A stretch of DNA of 64,000 nt from an uncultured delta proteobacterium (GTDB lineage: Bacteria > Myxococcota_A > Polyangia > Polyangiales > Polyangiaceae). Where the stretch lies: assembly GCA_963716725.1 (NCBI GenBank), contig CAVQUB010000021.1, positions 224,001 through 288,000 on the forward strand, in the 5' to 3' direction. Below the pieces are notes generated by a model. The model made no database searches. It had not been told where the DNA came from and worked only from the letters and a program-made list of their open reading frames with translations. Shown here piece by piece: positions 17,381 to 26,719 of this stretch (position 1 is its first letter; every line of letters begins with the position of its first letter). A program made the translations under genes and the position numbers.

Positions 17381-19405
17381 ATGCGCGCCCGTCGCCCCCT
17401 CATCTGCTCGCTCCTCCTCGCTCCCCTCGCCTGCTCCCCTCGCGAGGCTGCCCGGCCGCCGCCGCCGCTCATGCCGCTACCGGCCCCCGTGGCCGCGGCT
17501 CCGGCTCCGCCGCTGACCTACGACGCGCTCGACCGCCGGGCCTTCAATCAGCTCGCCGTGCGCATGAACCTGCCGGTGTACTGGGCGCACGACTCGAACG
17601 CGAACAAGGTCGTCGACGCCGACGAGATCCGCGGGCTCTTGTTCTACCCGACGTCGCCGCCGTGGGTCCGAGGCGGCAGGCTGAGCCCGGAGTTCGACCT
17701 GGCCTACTCGGGGATGCTCGCGTCGCTCCACCCTCCGAGCGTCGATCTCGACCCCGCCGAAGCAACTCGGCGCGCGCTCGTGCTCGAAGACCTCGACCAA
17801 GGTCGAACGACGCTCATTCACAGCGACTTCCGCGGGTTCGCGCCCTCGGACCGCGCCGCTGTCCGTTCCATCGTCGCGGCGGCCCTGGAAGTCGAGCGCT
17901 TGTTCGCGACTCAGACCGGGATGACAGCCCTCGAGAGCAAAGTCCCGAGCGACCACGCGGCCAGTCAGAGCCTGTTTCGTCGCAACTGGGGCTCGAAGTG
18001 TGAGGGCCCCAAGACCGAGAAGAACCCCGCGTGCAGCGCCATCCCCGGCGCGCCGAAGCGCAAGGTGGATCTCTACCCTGCCAGCCTGCAAGACGATCCG
18101 CAGTTCTGCGAAGCCCTGGAAAAGCGCAAGGACGCCAAAGACCTGCTGGCTCCCTTCGTCGTCGTCCGAGAGCAAGACGGGCAGCTCGTGCCAGTGAAGT
18201 ACTCGAACGCATACGCGCGCGGCATGCAGATGGTCGCGGCGCACCTCGACGCCGCCGCAGGGTCCCTCGGCACCGACGAGCGCGCCTTCGCCGACTACCT
18301 GTCGGCTGCGGCCCGCGCCTTCCGCGACAACGACTGGGAGGCCGCCGACGAAGCCTGGTCGAAGATGAGCGGCAAGGGCTCCAAGTTCTACCTGCGGATC
18401 GGGCCGGACGAGACCTACTGGGAACCCTGCAGCCAGAAGGCGGGCTTTCATGTCAGCTTCGCACGCGTCAACAAGGACTCGCTGGTCTGGCAACAGAAGC
18501 TCTCGCCTTTCCGGCAGGAAATGGAGGCCGCGCTCGCCAAGCTGATTGGGTGGCCGTACCGAACTCGGACGGTGAACTTCAAGCTGCCCGAGTTCATCGA
18601 CGTCGTGCTCAACGCGGGCGACAGCCGCGCGGCCTTCGGTGCCACCATCGGTCAGTCGTTGCCGAACTGGGGCAAGGTCGCCAACGAGAGTCGCGGTCGT
18701 ACCGTCGCCATGGCGAACCTCTACACGGACCCCGACTCATTGCAGGCGAGGCGTGAGCAGGCGCAGTCGCTGCTCGACAAGTCCACGGCCAGCCTGCTGC
18801 GCGACGACGCGATGCCCGGGCTCTTGGCCACCGTCCTCCACGAGGCGACGCACAACCTCGGCCCGAGCCACGAGTACACTTTCATGGGCAAGACCGACAG
18901 CCAAGCCTTCGGCGGCGGCCTCGCTTCGATGCTCGAAGAACTCAAGGCGCAGAGCGGCGCGCTCTACTTCTTGGACTTGCTCGTAAAGAAGGCAGTCATC
19001 ACCGAAGAGGTGAGGCGGCAGTCGTACCTCGACAGCGTCGTGTGGTCGTTTGGCCACGTCGCGCAGGGAATGTGGACCGACGAAGGCACCCGCAAGCCGT
19101 ACAGCCAATTGGCCGCGATTCAGCTCGGCGTGTTGATGGAGGCCGGCGCCGTGGTGTGGGACGCCACCGCGATCGCGGCCAATGGCAGCGACGTAGGCGC
19201 CTTCAAGCTGCAGTTCGACAAGTTCCCGAGCGCCAGCCAGCAGCTGATGCGCCAGGTCGCACAGCTCAAGGCGCGAAACGACAAGAAGGGCCTCGAAGCC
19301 CTGGCAAAGAAGCACGTCGATGGCGGCCAGGTCCCGCAAGGCATCATCGCGGAGCGGGTGCTGCGCTTCCCCAAGAACAGCTTCGTCTACTCCGTGGATC
19401 TCTGA
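17381..19405 (+). CDS. zinc metallopeptidase, M49/DPP III-like lipoprotein
   Basis: lipobox PLAC; IGPDETY, GQSLPN, HEATHNLGP, EELKA. Confidence 0.7.
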   Translation: MRARRPLICSLLLAPLACSPREAARPPPPLMPLPAPVAAAPAPPLTYDALDRRAFNQLAVRMNLPVYWAHDSNANKVVDADEIRGLLFYPTSPPWVRGGRLSPEFDLAYSGMLASLHPPSVDLDPAEATRRALVLEDLDQGRTTLIHSDFRGFAPSDRAAVRSIVAAALEVERLFATQTGMTALESKVPSDHAASQSLFRRNWGSKCEGPKTEKNPACSAIPGAPKRKVDLYPASLQDDPQFCEALEKRKDAKDLLAPFVVVREQDGQLVPVKYSNAYARGMQMVAAHLDAAAGSLGTDERAFADYLSAAARAFRDNDWEAADEAWSKMSGKGSKFYLRIGPDETYWEPCSQKAGFHVSFARVNKDSLVWQQKLSPFRQEMEAALAKLIGWPYRTRTVNFKLPEFIDVVLNAGDSRAAFGATIGQSLPNWGKVANESRGRTVAMANLYTDPDSLQARREQAQSLLDKSTASLLRDDAMPGLLATVLHEATHNLGPSHEYTFMGKTDSQAFGGGLASMLEELKAQSGALYFLDLLVKKAVITEEVRRQSYLDSVVWSFGHVAQGMWTDEGTRKPYSQLAAIQLGVLMEAGAVVWDATAIAANGSDVGAFKLQFDKFPSASQQLMRQVAQLKARNDKKGLEALAKKHVDGGQVPQGIIAERVLRFPKNSFVYSVDL

Positions 19406-19411
19406 GCTCGC

Positions 19412-20497
19412 TCAGGGCCGGATCACCCACGCCAGCTCCGTCACGAAGGAGCTCCCGCACTCCCGCACGCGCACCGGCGCGTCGGCCTGCGATCCATCGG
19501 CGAGGACCACCTCGACGTGGCTGCAGCCCTGGGTCTCTCCCCACAGGTACGCGATCTTCTTGCCGTCGGGCGACCAGACCGTACTGGTGCCGTTGCGGCT
19601 CGCGACCTTGATCAGGTCGGAGCCGTCGAGCTTCATGCTGTAGAGCGCGCTCTTCTGCGCGGTATCGGCAAAGAGCAGACGAGCACCGTCCGGCGAGAGC
19701 ACGCCGCCCGAAGCGCTCGCTCGGAGCGAGGTCGGAGCGCCGCTCGGCAGCGTCTTCTTCACAATGGCGCGCTCTTGTTTGCCACCGGTGACGTTGATCA
19801 GCGTGTAGAAGAGCGTGGTTTCGTCGGAGCTGAGCTGGGGATGAAGCTCCATCGTCGTGGGCGTCGAGTCCTCGCCGAGACCCAACCACTCGAAGGCGCC
19901 GCTCGTCGCGAGCCGGCCGACGCGATAGGTCTTGTTTTCTCCCGTCGCGGCGAAGTCACGCCGACGACACACGACCATGGAGTCCGCCGCGCTGTTCCAA
20001 TCGTGGCACTCGTCGTTGATGTTGCCCCACGAGAGCACCGCGGCGCTCTGTGTCGCTGCGTCGTAGACCCAGGTGTGCTGAACGGCGTCGCCAATCTCGA
20101 CGCCGTAGTGCTCCTTCTGCAGCGGATCACCGCAAGCAAAGGCAATCTTCGCCGCGTCCTTCGAGACGCCCATGGACCAGACCCGGTGTGCCTCGAAGAT
20201 CTTCGTCTCGGATGACCCGTCGGGCTTCATGGAAGACACCGCGTTGGGTTGCAGATCCCAGTCGTTGAACAGGATCTGTTCACCGGAGGGCATGGGGGCC
20301 AGCGCTTTGAAAGCGATGCCGGCGGGCTCGGGCTTGGCCACGCCGCCGCTGCCGCTCGCTCCGCCTGCGCCGCCAACGCCGCCAACGCCGCCAACGCCAC
20401 CGGTCGCCGAGCCACCGTCAGCGTCGTCGCTACCGCACGCTACGAACGTGCCAGCGCCCAAGCACACGAGCGCGAGCGTCCAAATCCCCAGCTTCAT
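19412..20497 (-). CDS. TolB/PD40-like beta-propeller lipoprotein
   Basis: lipobox FVAC, Gly linker, repeated SPDG motifs (LSPDGARLLF, WSPDGKKIAY). Confidence 0.7.
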   Translation of the reverse strand: MKLGIWTLALVCLGAGTFVACGSDDADGGSATGGVGGVGGVGGAGGASGSGGVAKPEPAGIAFKALAPMPSGEQILFNDWDLQPNAVSSMKPDGSSETKIFEAHRVWSMGVSKDAAKIAFACGDPLQKEHYGVEIGDAVQHTWVYDAATQSAAVLSWGNINDECHDWNSAADSMVVCRRRDFAATGENKTYRVGRLATSGAFEWLGLGEDSTPTTMELHPQLSSDETTLFYTLINVTGGKQERAIVKKTLPSGAPTSLRASASGGVLSPDGARLLFADTAQKSALYSMKLDGSDLIKVASRNGTSTVWSPDGKKIAYLWGETQGCSHVEVVLADGSQADAPVRVRECGSSFVTELAWVIRP

Positions 20498-20585
20498 GGC
20501 CGCGGAGCCAAACACGCGCCGCGCTCTGGGGCAACCCCGGCGTGTCTTGACGCGGCCTCCGAGATGCGGCCATGGCTTGGCCTCG

Positions 20586-21735
20586 ATGCGCTTCCTCTAC
20601 ACGGGCGACGGGCAGGGCGAAGCGCGAGAGCGGGCCGCCCTCGCCGCTCGCATCGACGCCGTCTTGCACTCCGTGGCCGAAGCGGGTCACGACGAGGTGA
20701 CCATCGCGGATCTCCATCGCGCGCATCCATCCCGATCTGGACGCCGAGCTACTTCGCGACGAACACTTGGTGGTGGTGACGCCCCGCGGCGAACGCCGAG
20801 TTCGGCCCCTGGCCGCGTTCGTGGCGGAGCGGGCGTCGAAGGTCGATGGCCTACGTTTCACCACGCATCGGCCAGCGCGGGCCTTCGACGAGATGGTGGC
20901 CACCGTGCGGCGGGAGCACGGCTTCGAGCTCGGCTCTGCCCAGGCCCGGGCGGGTTTTTCTCGCGGTCACTTGCTCGAGCTGGTCATCTATGGCGACGGT
21001 TTCGGAAGCGCCACGGACGAGCGCGCGCTGGCGGCGGCCGAACGCGCCGCGGAGGTCTTGCTCGGTGAGCGGGTGACCGATGACTGGGTTGGCAGAATCG
21101 ACGCGGAGCCCTTGCCGCGTGGTGGGGCGCTGCGCGTCGTGCAGCGGGACGCCGCGCCACGTTTTCCGCTGGCGGAGTTGCCGCAGGCCGTCGCCCGGGC
21201 GGTGGAGGGTTTGGCTCGCGAGCTGCCAGATCTGGCAGGGCTCACGGCGCCGCGCGAGGGCTGGGTGCTGTTCGAGTCCGAGCCCGAAGCCTGTTCCGAG
21301 TATGCGGCCCAGGACGACGTCGCCCTGGCAAGCGGCGCCTTGCCCGAGATGCTCAAGTGTTTCCTCGAAGGCGCGCCCTTCTCGTCGAAGCGCTTCGTGC
21401 GCGGTGGAGCCCGGGTTGTGTACTTGAAGACCGACGCCGGGGGCGCATCGTTCGAAGATCGCGTCGCTCGGCGCGCAAAGCTGGAGGACGACTTGGCCAC
21501 CTCGCTCTCCGCGCGACGGCTCGGCGCCGTCGTCGGCAACGGCCTGGGGCTGCGCTACGCCTATGTGGATTTGGCGCTGGCGCCCGAACCAGCCGCGCTC
21601 TCGGTGGTGTGCGAGGTGGCGAGGAGCGCCGGAGTGAGTCGCCGGAGTTGGCTCCTGTTCTGCGACAGCGACCTCGCCGACGAATGGGTGGGGGTGTGGC
21701 CCGACACCCCACCGCCCCCCGCGCTCGTGCCCTGA
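20586..21735 (+). pseudogene. hypothetical protein frameshifted by a 4-bp CATC duplication
   Basis: CATCCATC at 20724-20731; removing one unit joins MRFLYTG..RAHP to DLDAELLRDEHLVVVTPRG.. in one ORF. Confidence 0.6.
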
Positions 21736-21876
21736 AGGCGTGTCGAAGAATGGCGGAACGCAAGCCGGCGGAGCCGGCCCACCCCGTCGGCTGTCGCGCA
21801 GCGCGTCGCGTGGGGCGGGGAGGCGCGTGCCTCCCCGATGACCAAGTGAAAGAGCTGTCGGATTTTCGACAGCTCT
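21736..21876. mobile_element. MITE/REP-like palindromic element, copy 1
   Basis: near-identical to 33993-34171; ends AGGCGTGTCGAAGAA ... TTTTCGACAGCTCT; internal hairpins; lies between convergent genes. Confidence 0.7.
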
Positions 21877-21880
21877 CGAG

Positions 21881-22951
21881 TCAGAGCAATCGCCTCAAGA
21901 GCGCGTGCAGCCGATCGAGCGTCGGGTCACCGTCGAGTCGCTCGAGAGCGCCGAAGACCTTCTCGATGGTGGGCTCGACAAAACCCAAGAACGCTGGATT
22001 TCCCCGGACGCGATCGATGAAGACGAAGCGACCCGCGTCCTTGAGCTTGCGCTGGACGGTGACGGTGTCGAACTCCCGCCCGACGGCTTTGCGACCGACC
22101 GCGTCGAGCCCGTGGTGCTCCGAGTACTCGTCGAGGCGCGCTTCGACGAAGCTCCGGTCGAAGGACTGGTAGCTGTCGTTGAGCAGCGCAACCAAGTCGT
22201 AGACCCGCGGGCCGAGCAAGGCGTCCTGGAAATCAATCCAGACCAGCGACGGATCGGCGTCAGCGTGCTCCTGCACCATCAGGTTTCGGCTCTGATAGTC
22301 CCGGTGCACGAAACCGCGCGGCCAGCTCGCGATGCGCTCGGCCAGGGTGCTGGCTGCTTCGGCGAAGACGCCACTGTCCTCGGCACCGAGCGTGATCCCG
22401 CGGGCTTCGAGCGCCCACTCGCGGAAGTGCTCCACCTCCCAGCGCAGGAGATCTTCGTCGAACGCCCGTGATGCGACCACTGAGGTGGCCGGGAGTGGGC
22501 TCAGCTCGCGCTGCGCTCGCGCGAGATCGGCCACCGCCGACTGGTACAGGCGCTCGCGCGTCGCGGGCTTCCGCTCGAGGTAGCGCGCGAGGGTGTCGTC
22601 CCCCAGATCTTCGACGAGCAGGAACCCATCGTCACAGGCTTCGCCGATCACGCGCGGCACCCTCACTCCCTTGTCGGCGAGCAGGTCCCTGACTTCGAGG
22701 AAGGGCCAGCGGCGGGCGGAGTCGTCGGCCTTGGCCACCTCGTCCGAGCGTTTCGCGTCAGGGACGTACATCGCGACGGCGCTGCGACCGTCTCGCAGAC
22801 GGATACGAAAGAACCGGCGTGTCGACGCGCCCCCTTCCATCGCGGCGACGCTAACCGGCCCCGAGGTGCCGGTTGCGGCTCGCACCAGGCGCTCGAGGGC
22901 TTCGAGGGACGGCGTCGGATCGCGGACCGCCGCCGGGGGCAAGGTGGGCAT
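21881..22951 (-). CDS. aminoglycoside phosphotransferase family kinase (AmgK-like)
   Basis: GGASTRRFFR, VEDLGD, HRDYQSRNLM, IDFQDALLGP, YDLVALL, QRKLK. Confidence 0.85.
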   Translation of the reverse strand: MPTLPPAAVRDPTPSLEALERLVRAATGTSGPVSVAAMEGGASTRRFFRIRLRDGRSAVAMYVPDAKRSDEVAKADDSARRWPFLEVRDLLADKGVRVPRVIGEACDDGFLLVEDLGDDTLARYLERKPATRERLYQSAVADLARAQRELSPLPATSVVASRAFDEDLLRWEVEHFREWALEARGITLGAEDSGVFAEAASTLAERIASWPRGFVHRDYQSRNLMVQEHADADPSLVWIDFQDALLGPRVYDLVALLNDSYQSFDRSFVEARLDEYSEHHGLDAVGRKAVGREFDTVTVQRKLKDAGRFVFIDRVRGNPAFLGFVEPTIEKVFGALERLDGDPTLDRLHALLRRLL

Positions 22952-23000
22952 ACGCCCCACGGTGTAGCAAAAGTCCCGGGTGCGGTACACGTTGGGGGAA

Positions 23001-23627
23001 ATGCCGACTCGCCCGGGAGGGGGCCTCGCCCCACGCATCGAGCGCTGCATGCGCAGCCTGAATGCAGAAGCAGACCATGAAACGGTGCGGACGCTCGCCG
23101 CTCTCCTCGACCGCGTCGTCGAGTGGAACGACAAAGTCGATTTGACCGCGGCGCGGGACCCCGACGAACTCGTAGACCTGTTCGTGGCCGACGCTGCCGT
23201 GGTCGCACGCCTGCACGACCGCGTCGGCGAGGCTTGGGTCGACGTCGGGAGCGGGGCGGGCGCGCCGGGCATTCCCTTGGCGCTCTTGATGAATGGCAGC
23301 CTCACGCTGATCGAGCCCAAGGCCAAGCGGGTGGCGTTCTTGCGTACCGCGGTCGGTGCCCTCGCGCTGGACCGCGTATCGGTGCGTCGCGATCGCTGCG
23401 AGGCGATTGCGGACAGGAGCTTCGACGCGGCGATCTCGCGCGCCACCCTCGATCCGGCAGACTGGCTGGCCGAAGGCGTACGGATCGCGCGTAACTCGGT
23501 GTGGGTGCTCGTCGCGCGCACCGCTCCGCCGAGCGTCGCCGGATGGCGCGTCGATCGCGACGAGACCTACTGCCTCCCGCTCACCGGCGCGCCGCGACGC
23601 GCCCTGCGCTACGTGCCCGTGGCCTGA
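23001..23627 (+). CDS. rsmG: 16S rRNA m7G527 methyltransferase
   Basis: WNDKVDLTA, DVGSGAGAPGIPL, IEPKAKRVAFL, ISRA. Confidence 0.88.
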   Translation: MPTRPGGGLAPRIERCMRSLNAEADHETVRTLAALLDRVVEWNDKVDLTAARDPDELVDLFVADAAVVARLHDRVGEAWVDVGSGAGAPGIPLALLMNGSLTLIEPKAKRVAFLRTAVGALALDRVSVRRDRCEAIADRSFDAAISRATLDPADWLAEGVRIARNSVWVLVARTAPPSVAGWRVDRDETYCLPLTGAPRRALRYVPVA

Positions 23628-23688
23628 AGATCAGCGCGCAGGACCGTGGCGCAGGACGCAGCCACGAAGCGCGCGGTCGATCGCCCCT

Positions 23689-24213
23689 TCAGTCGGAGCC
23701 TGCGTCGTCGGGCCCAGCGTCCGCGCCGCCGCTGCCGCCGGTCGAGCCGCCGCTGCCGCCGGTCGAGCCGCCGCTGCCGCCGGTCGAGCCGCCGCTGCCG
23801 CCGGTCGAGCCGCCGCTGCCGCCGGTCGAGCCGCCGCTGCCGCCGGTCGAGCCGCCGCTGCCGCCGGTCGCGCCGCCGCTGCCGCCGGTCGAGCCGCCGC
23901 TGCCGCCGGTCGAGCCGCCGCTGCCGCCGGTCGAGCCGCCGCTGCCGCCGGTCGCGCCACCGCTGCCGCCCGTCGCGCCACCGCTGCCCGCTGTTCCGCC
24001 GGCGCCCGCGGTGCCGCCGGTCGAGCCGCCGCTGCCGCCGGTCGAGCCGCCGCTGCCGCCGGTCGCACCGCCGCTGCCGCCGGTCGCACCGCCGCTGCCC
24101 GGGGTGCCACCGGACGCTTCGATTTTCGCGCGGTCGACGTCGGTGATGAGAGCGCAGCCGATGAGCGCCAGTCCGGCGCCTGCGATGACGAGGTAGCGAC
24201 TCGAGCCAGTCAT
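23689..24213 (-). CDS. Gly/Ser-rich low-complexity lipoprotein
   Basis: lipobox LIGC, then ALITDVDRAKI, then about 16 GSGG(S/A)TG units. Confidence 0.75.
   Translation of the reverse strand: MTGSSRYLVIAGAGLALIGCALITDVDRAKIEASGGTPGSGGATGGSGGATGGSGGSTGGSGGSTGGTAGAGGTAGSGGATGGSGGATGGSGGSTGGSGGSTGGSGGSTGGSGGATGGSGGSTGGSGGSTGGSGGSTGGSGGSTGGSGGSTGGSGGSTGGSGGADAGPDDAGSD
23724..24099. repeat. 21-bp coding tandem repeat (12 + 4 units)
   Basis: repeated GCCGCCGCTGCCGCCGGTCG(A/C) unit. Confidence 0.95.
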
Positions 24214-24255
24214 GCGACGGGTTGTATCACAGGCGGCTCGCCGCTTGGAAAGGCC

Positions 24256-24852
24256 TCAATCGGTGCTGGCGTCCCCGGCGTCGCCTGCAGCGTCGTCCGG
24301 TGCATCGGCGCCGGCATCCCCGCCGCCGGTGCTGGCGTCGACCGCGGCGTCGGAGCCCGCGTCACTGCCACCGCTGCCGCCCGCGCCGCCGCTGCCGCCC
24401 GCGCCGCCCGCGCCGCCCGCGCCGCCGCTGCCGCCCGCGCCACCGCTGCCGCCCGCGCCACCGCTGCCGCCCGCGCCACCGCTGCCGCCCGCGCCACCGC
24501 TGGAAGCATCCGGGCCGCCATCGCTTCCGGCTGCGCCGTCGCCAGCGTCGCTGCCGGCCAATCCGTCGCCGGCGTCAGCGCCAGCCATGCCGCCGCTGCC
24601 GGCCATGCCGCCACTGCCCGCCGTGCCGCCCGTGCCGCCCGTGCCACCGGCGCCGCCGATGCCACCAGTGCCGCCGGTTCCGCCGCCACCGGTGCCGCCT
24701 CCGCCGACCCCACCGGTGCCTCCGCTGCCGCCGATGCCGCCGGTCCCCTCCTGGATCTTGTCGCGGTCGACGTCCGTGAAGAGCGTGCAGCTCGACACGA
24801 CCAGGGCTCCCAGCATCCCGAGACTCATTAGTGTGCGGCGACGATTGGTCAT
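24256..24852 (-). CDS. Gly-rich low-complexity lipoprotein (paralogue of 23689-24213)
   Basis: lipobox VSSC, then TLFTDVDRDKI, GGxGG repeats and DAG motifs. Confidence 0.75.
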   Translation of the reverse strand: MTNRRRTLMSLGMLGALVVSSCTLFTDVDRDKIQEGTGGIGGSGGTGGVGGGGTGGGGTGGTGGIGGAGGTGGTGGTAGSGGMAGSGGMAGADAGDGLAGSDAGDGAAGSDGGPDASSGGAGGSGGAGGSGGAGGSGGAGGSGGAGGAGGAGGSGGAGGSGGSDAGSDAAVDASTGGGDAGADAPDDAAGDAGDASTD

Positions 24853-24954
24853 GTCCGAGCCCTCGTTTTCGAGTGGCCGCGATGTTCCTCTGCCCGCCCG
24901 TCGAGCGCAAGGACTGATCGTCCGAGAGGTAATTTGTCGTATGAGGGTCGCCCA

Positions 24955-25830
24955 GTGCGGGTTCATCTGATCGACGGCACCTACGAGCTCTTCCGAGCCT
25001 TCTTCGGAACGCCCAGCGCCCATGACGCGCGTGGGCGCGAGGTCGGCGCGACGCGAGGTCTGCTGAGCAGCCTCCATGCGTTCTTGCGTGACGAAAACGT
25101 CACGCACGCCGCCTGTGCCTTCGATCACGTGATCGAGTCGTTTCGAAACGATCTCTTCGCTGGCTACAAGACCGCGGACGGGGTCGATCCCGCCTTGCTG
25201 TTACAATTCGAGCTCGCCGAGCGCGCGGCGGAGGCGCTGGGCCTGGTGGTCTGGCCAATGACTGCGCTCGAAGCCGACGACGCCATGGCGAGCGCCGCGG
25301 CCCAGCTGATCAGGGACTCCCGAGTCGAGCAGGTAGTGCTGTGCTCCCCCGACAAGGATCTCGCTCAGTGTGTGGTGGACGACCGTGTGGTCTGTCTCGA
25401 TCGCGCGCGTCGACGAGTACTCGACGCCGACGGCGTGCGACTCCGCTTCGGCGTACCGCCAGGCGCCATCGCGGACTACTTGGCGTTGGTCGGTGACGCT
25501 GCCGACGGTATCCCGGGCATCCCACGCTGGGGCGCACGCTCCGCGTCGACGCTACTCGCTCGCTACGAGAGCATCGAGAACATCCCCGACGACGACTCGA
25601 TGTGGGACGTCGCGGTGCGCGGAGCACGGTCGTTGGCCCGGGAGCTCTCGACCCGCCGCGAGGAGGCTCGCCTGTACAAGACCCTCACGACTCTGAGGAG
25701 CGACGCGGAGCTGTTCGGCCGCGTCGAGGAGCTCGAGTGGCACGGCGCCAATCGCTCGATGCTCGAATCGCTGTGCGAGGAGATCGGCGAGCGGGGGCTG
25801 CCGGCCCGGGTGGTTCGCTGGCGGAATTGA
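24955..25830 (+). CDS. 5'-3' exonuclease / flap endonuclease
   Basis: HLIDGTYELFRAF, SFRN..YK, EADD, SPDKDLAQ, LVGDAADGIPGI. Confidence 0.92.
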   Translation: MRVHLIDGTYELFRAFFGTPSAHDARGREVGATRGLLSSLHAFLRDENVTHAACAFDHVIESFRNDLFAGYKTADGVDPALLLQFELAERAAEALGLVVWPMTALEADDAMASAAAQLIRDSRVEQVVLCSPDKDLAQCVVDDRVVCLDRARRRVLDADGVRLRFGVPPGAIADYLALVGDAADGIPGIPRWGARSASTLLARYESIENIPDDDSMWDVAVRGARSLARELSTRREEARLYKTLTTLRSDAELFGRVEELEWHGANRSMLESLCEEIGERGLPARVVRWRN

Positions 25831-25855
25831 CCCGATGCAGCTAGGCTCTGCGTCG

Positions 25856-26704
25856 ATGAAGAGCCAAATCGTGTTGGCACTCGCCGTTCTCGCCGCTCCC
25901 GGCGCCGCGTCCGCTCAAACCTGGGGCCAGCCCGCGGGGCAGCAACCACAGCAGCCGCAGCAGAGCTGGGGGACACCTCAAGGCCAGGGGACCGGCGGCA
26001 TGAGCGCCGGCGGCCTGGCGCCACCGAGCTCGAACCCGGGGGACCCCAACGCGGGCTACCAACAAACCGAGCAACAGATGTCGAAGGCGGACAAAGAGGA
26101 CTCCGGCCGTGGGCTCGAGTTCTTCTGGCTCAACGCCGAAGTGGGCGGTCAGCACCTCGGGCTTCAGACCTTCAAGGCCAACAACCTGGTCGATGCTGGC
26201 ACGGTGAAAACCTCGCAAACGGGTCTGATGTACGGCGCAGGCTTGGGCCTCCGGCTCGTCTTCATCACCCTCGGCGCACGCTTCCGGCTGGGGCAGTTCA
26301 GCGAGTGGGACATCTGGACGCTCAATGGAGAGCTCGGCATTCACATCCCGCTCGGGGCCGTCGAGCCCTACTTCACCTTCGGCGGCGGCTACGCTTCGAT
26401 GGGCGCCTTCGATGGCAACAACCTGGGCGGCAGCCTCAGCTCCGAAGACGTGGACATCAAGGGCTACGACATCCGCGGCGGCTTCGGCATCGACGTCTAC
26501 GTCTCGAGCACGTTCTCGATCGGCGCCAACCTGACCGGCGAGATGCTCGTGCTCACTCGACCGGGGGTCAATCCGTCGAAGCTCAAGGCCAGCGGCACCA
26601 GCGGCACCAGCGGCACGCAGGCGGCTGCCGAGGCGTACGAGGCCGACGGCTCGAGCATCGGTGCGGCGGTCTCGCTGACGGGCGTCGCCGGGCTCCACTT
26701 CTGA
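25856..26704 (+). CDS. outer-membrane beta-barrel-like secreted protein
   Basis: signal peptide; amphipathic Gly/aromatic strands; C-terminal GLHF. Confidence 0.65.
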   Translation: MKSQIVLALAVLAAPGAASAQTWGQPAGQQPQQPQQSWGTPQGQGTGGMSAGGLAPPSSNPGDPNAGYQQTEQQMSKADKEDSGRGLEFFWLNAEVGGQHLGLQTFKANNLVDAGTVKTSQTGLMYGAGLGLRLVFITLGARFRLGQFSEWDIWTLNGELGIHIPLGAVEPYFTFGGGYASMGAFDGNNLGGSLSSEDVDIKGYDIRGGFGIDVYVSSTFSIGANLTGEMLVLTRPGVNPSKLKASGTSGTSGTQAAAEAYEADGSSIGAAVSLTGVAGLHF

Positions 26705-26719
26705 TCGGAGCGGCGCATC

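Noticed and set aside
21881..22951. Aminoglycoside resistance gene
   Set aside because: Motifs fit the AmgK-like sugar kinase subgroup better; there is no mobile or resistance context.
23724..24500. Tandem repeats as a CRISPR array
   Set aside because: No unique spacers; in-frame 21-bp and 18-bp units encode Gly repeats; no cas genes in the window.
23356..24970. Plus-strand Pro-, Ala- and Arg-rich ORFs
   Set aside because: Antisense shadows of the Gly-rich lipoproteins, which have lipoboxes and a shared motif.
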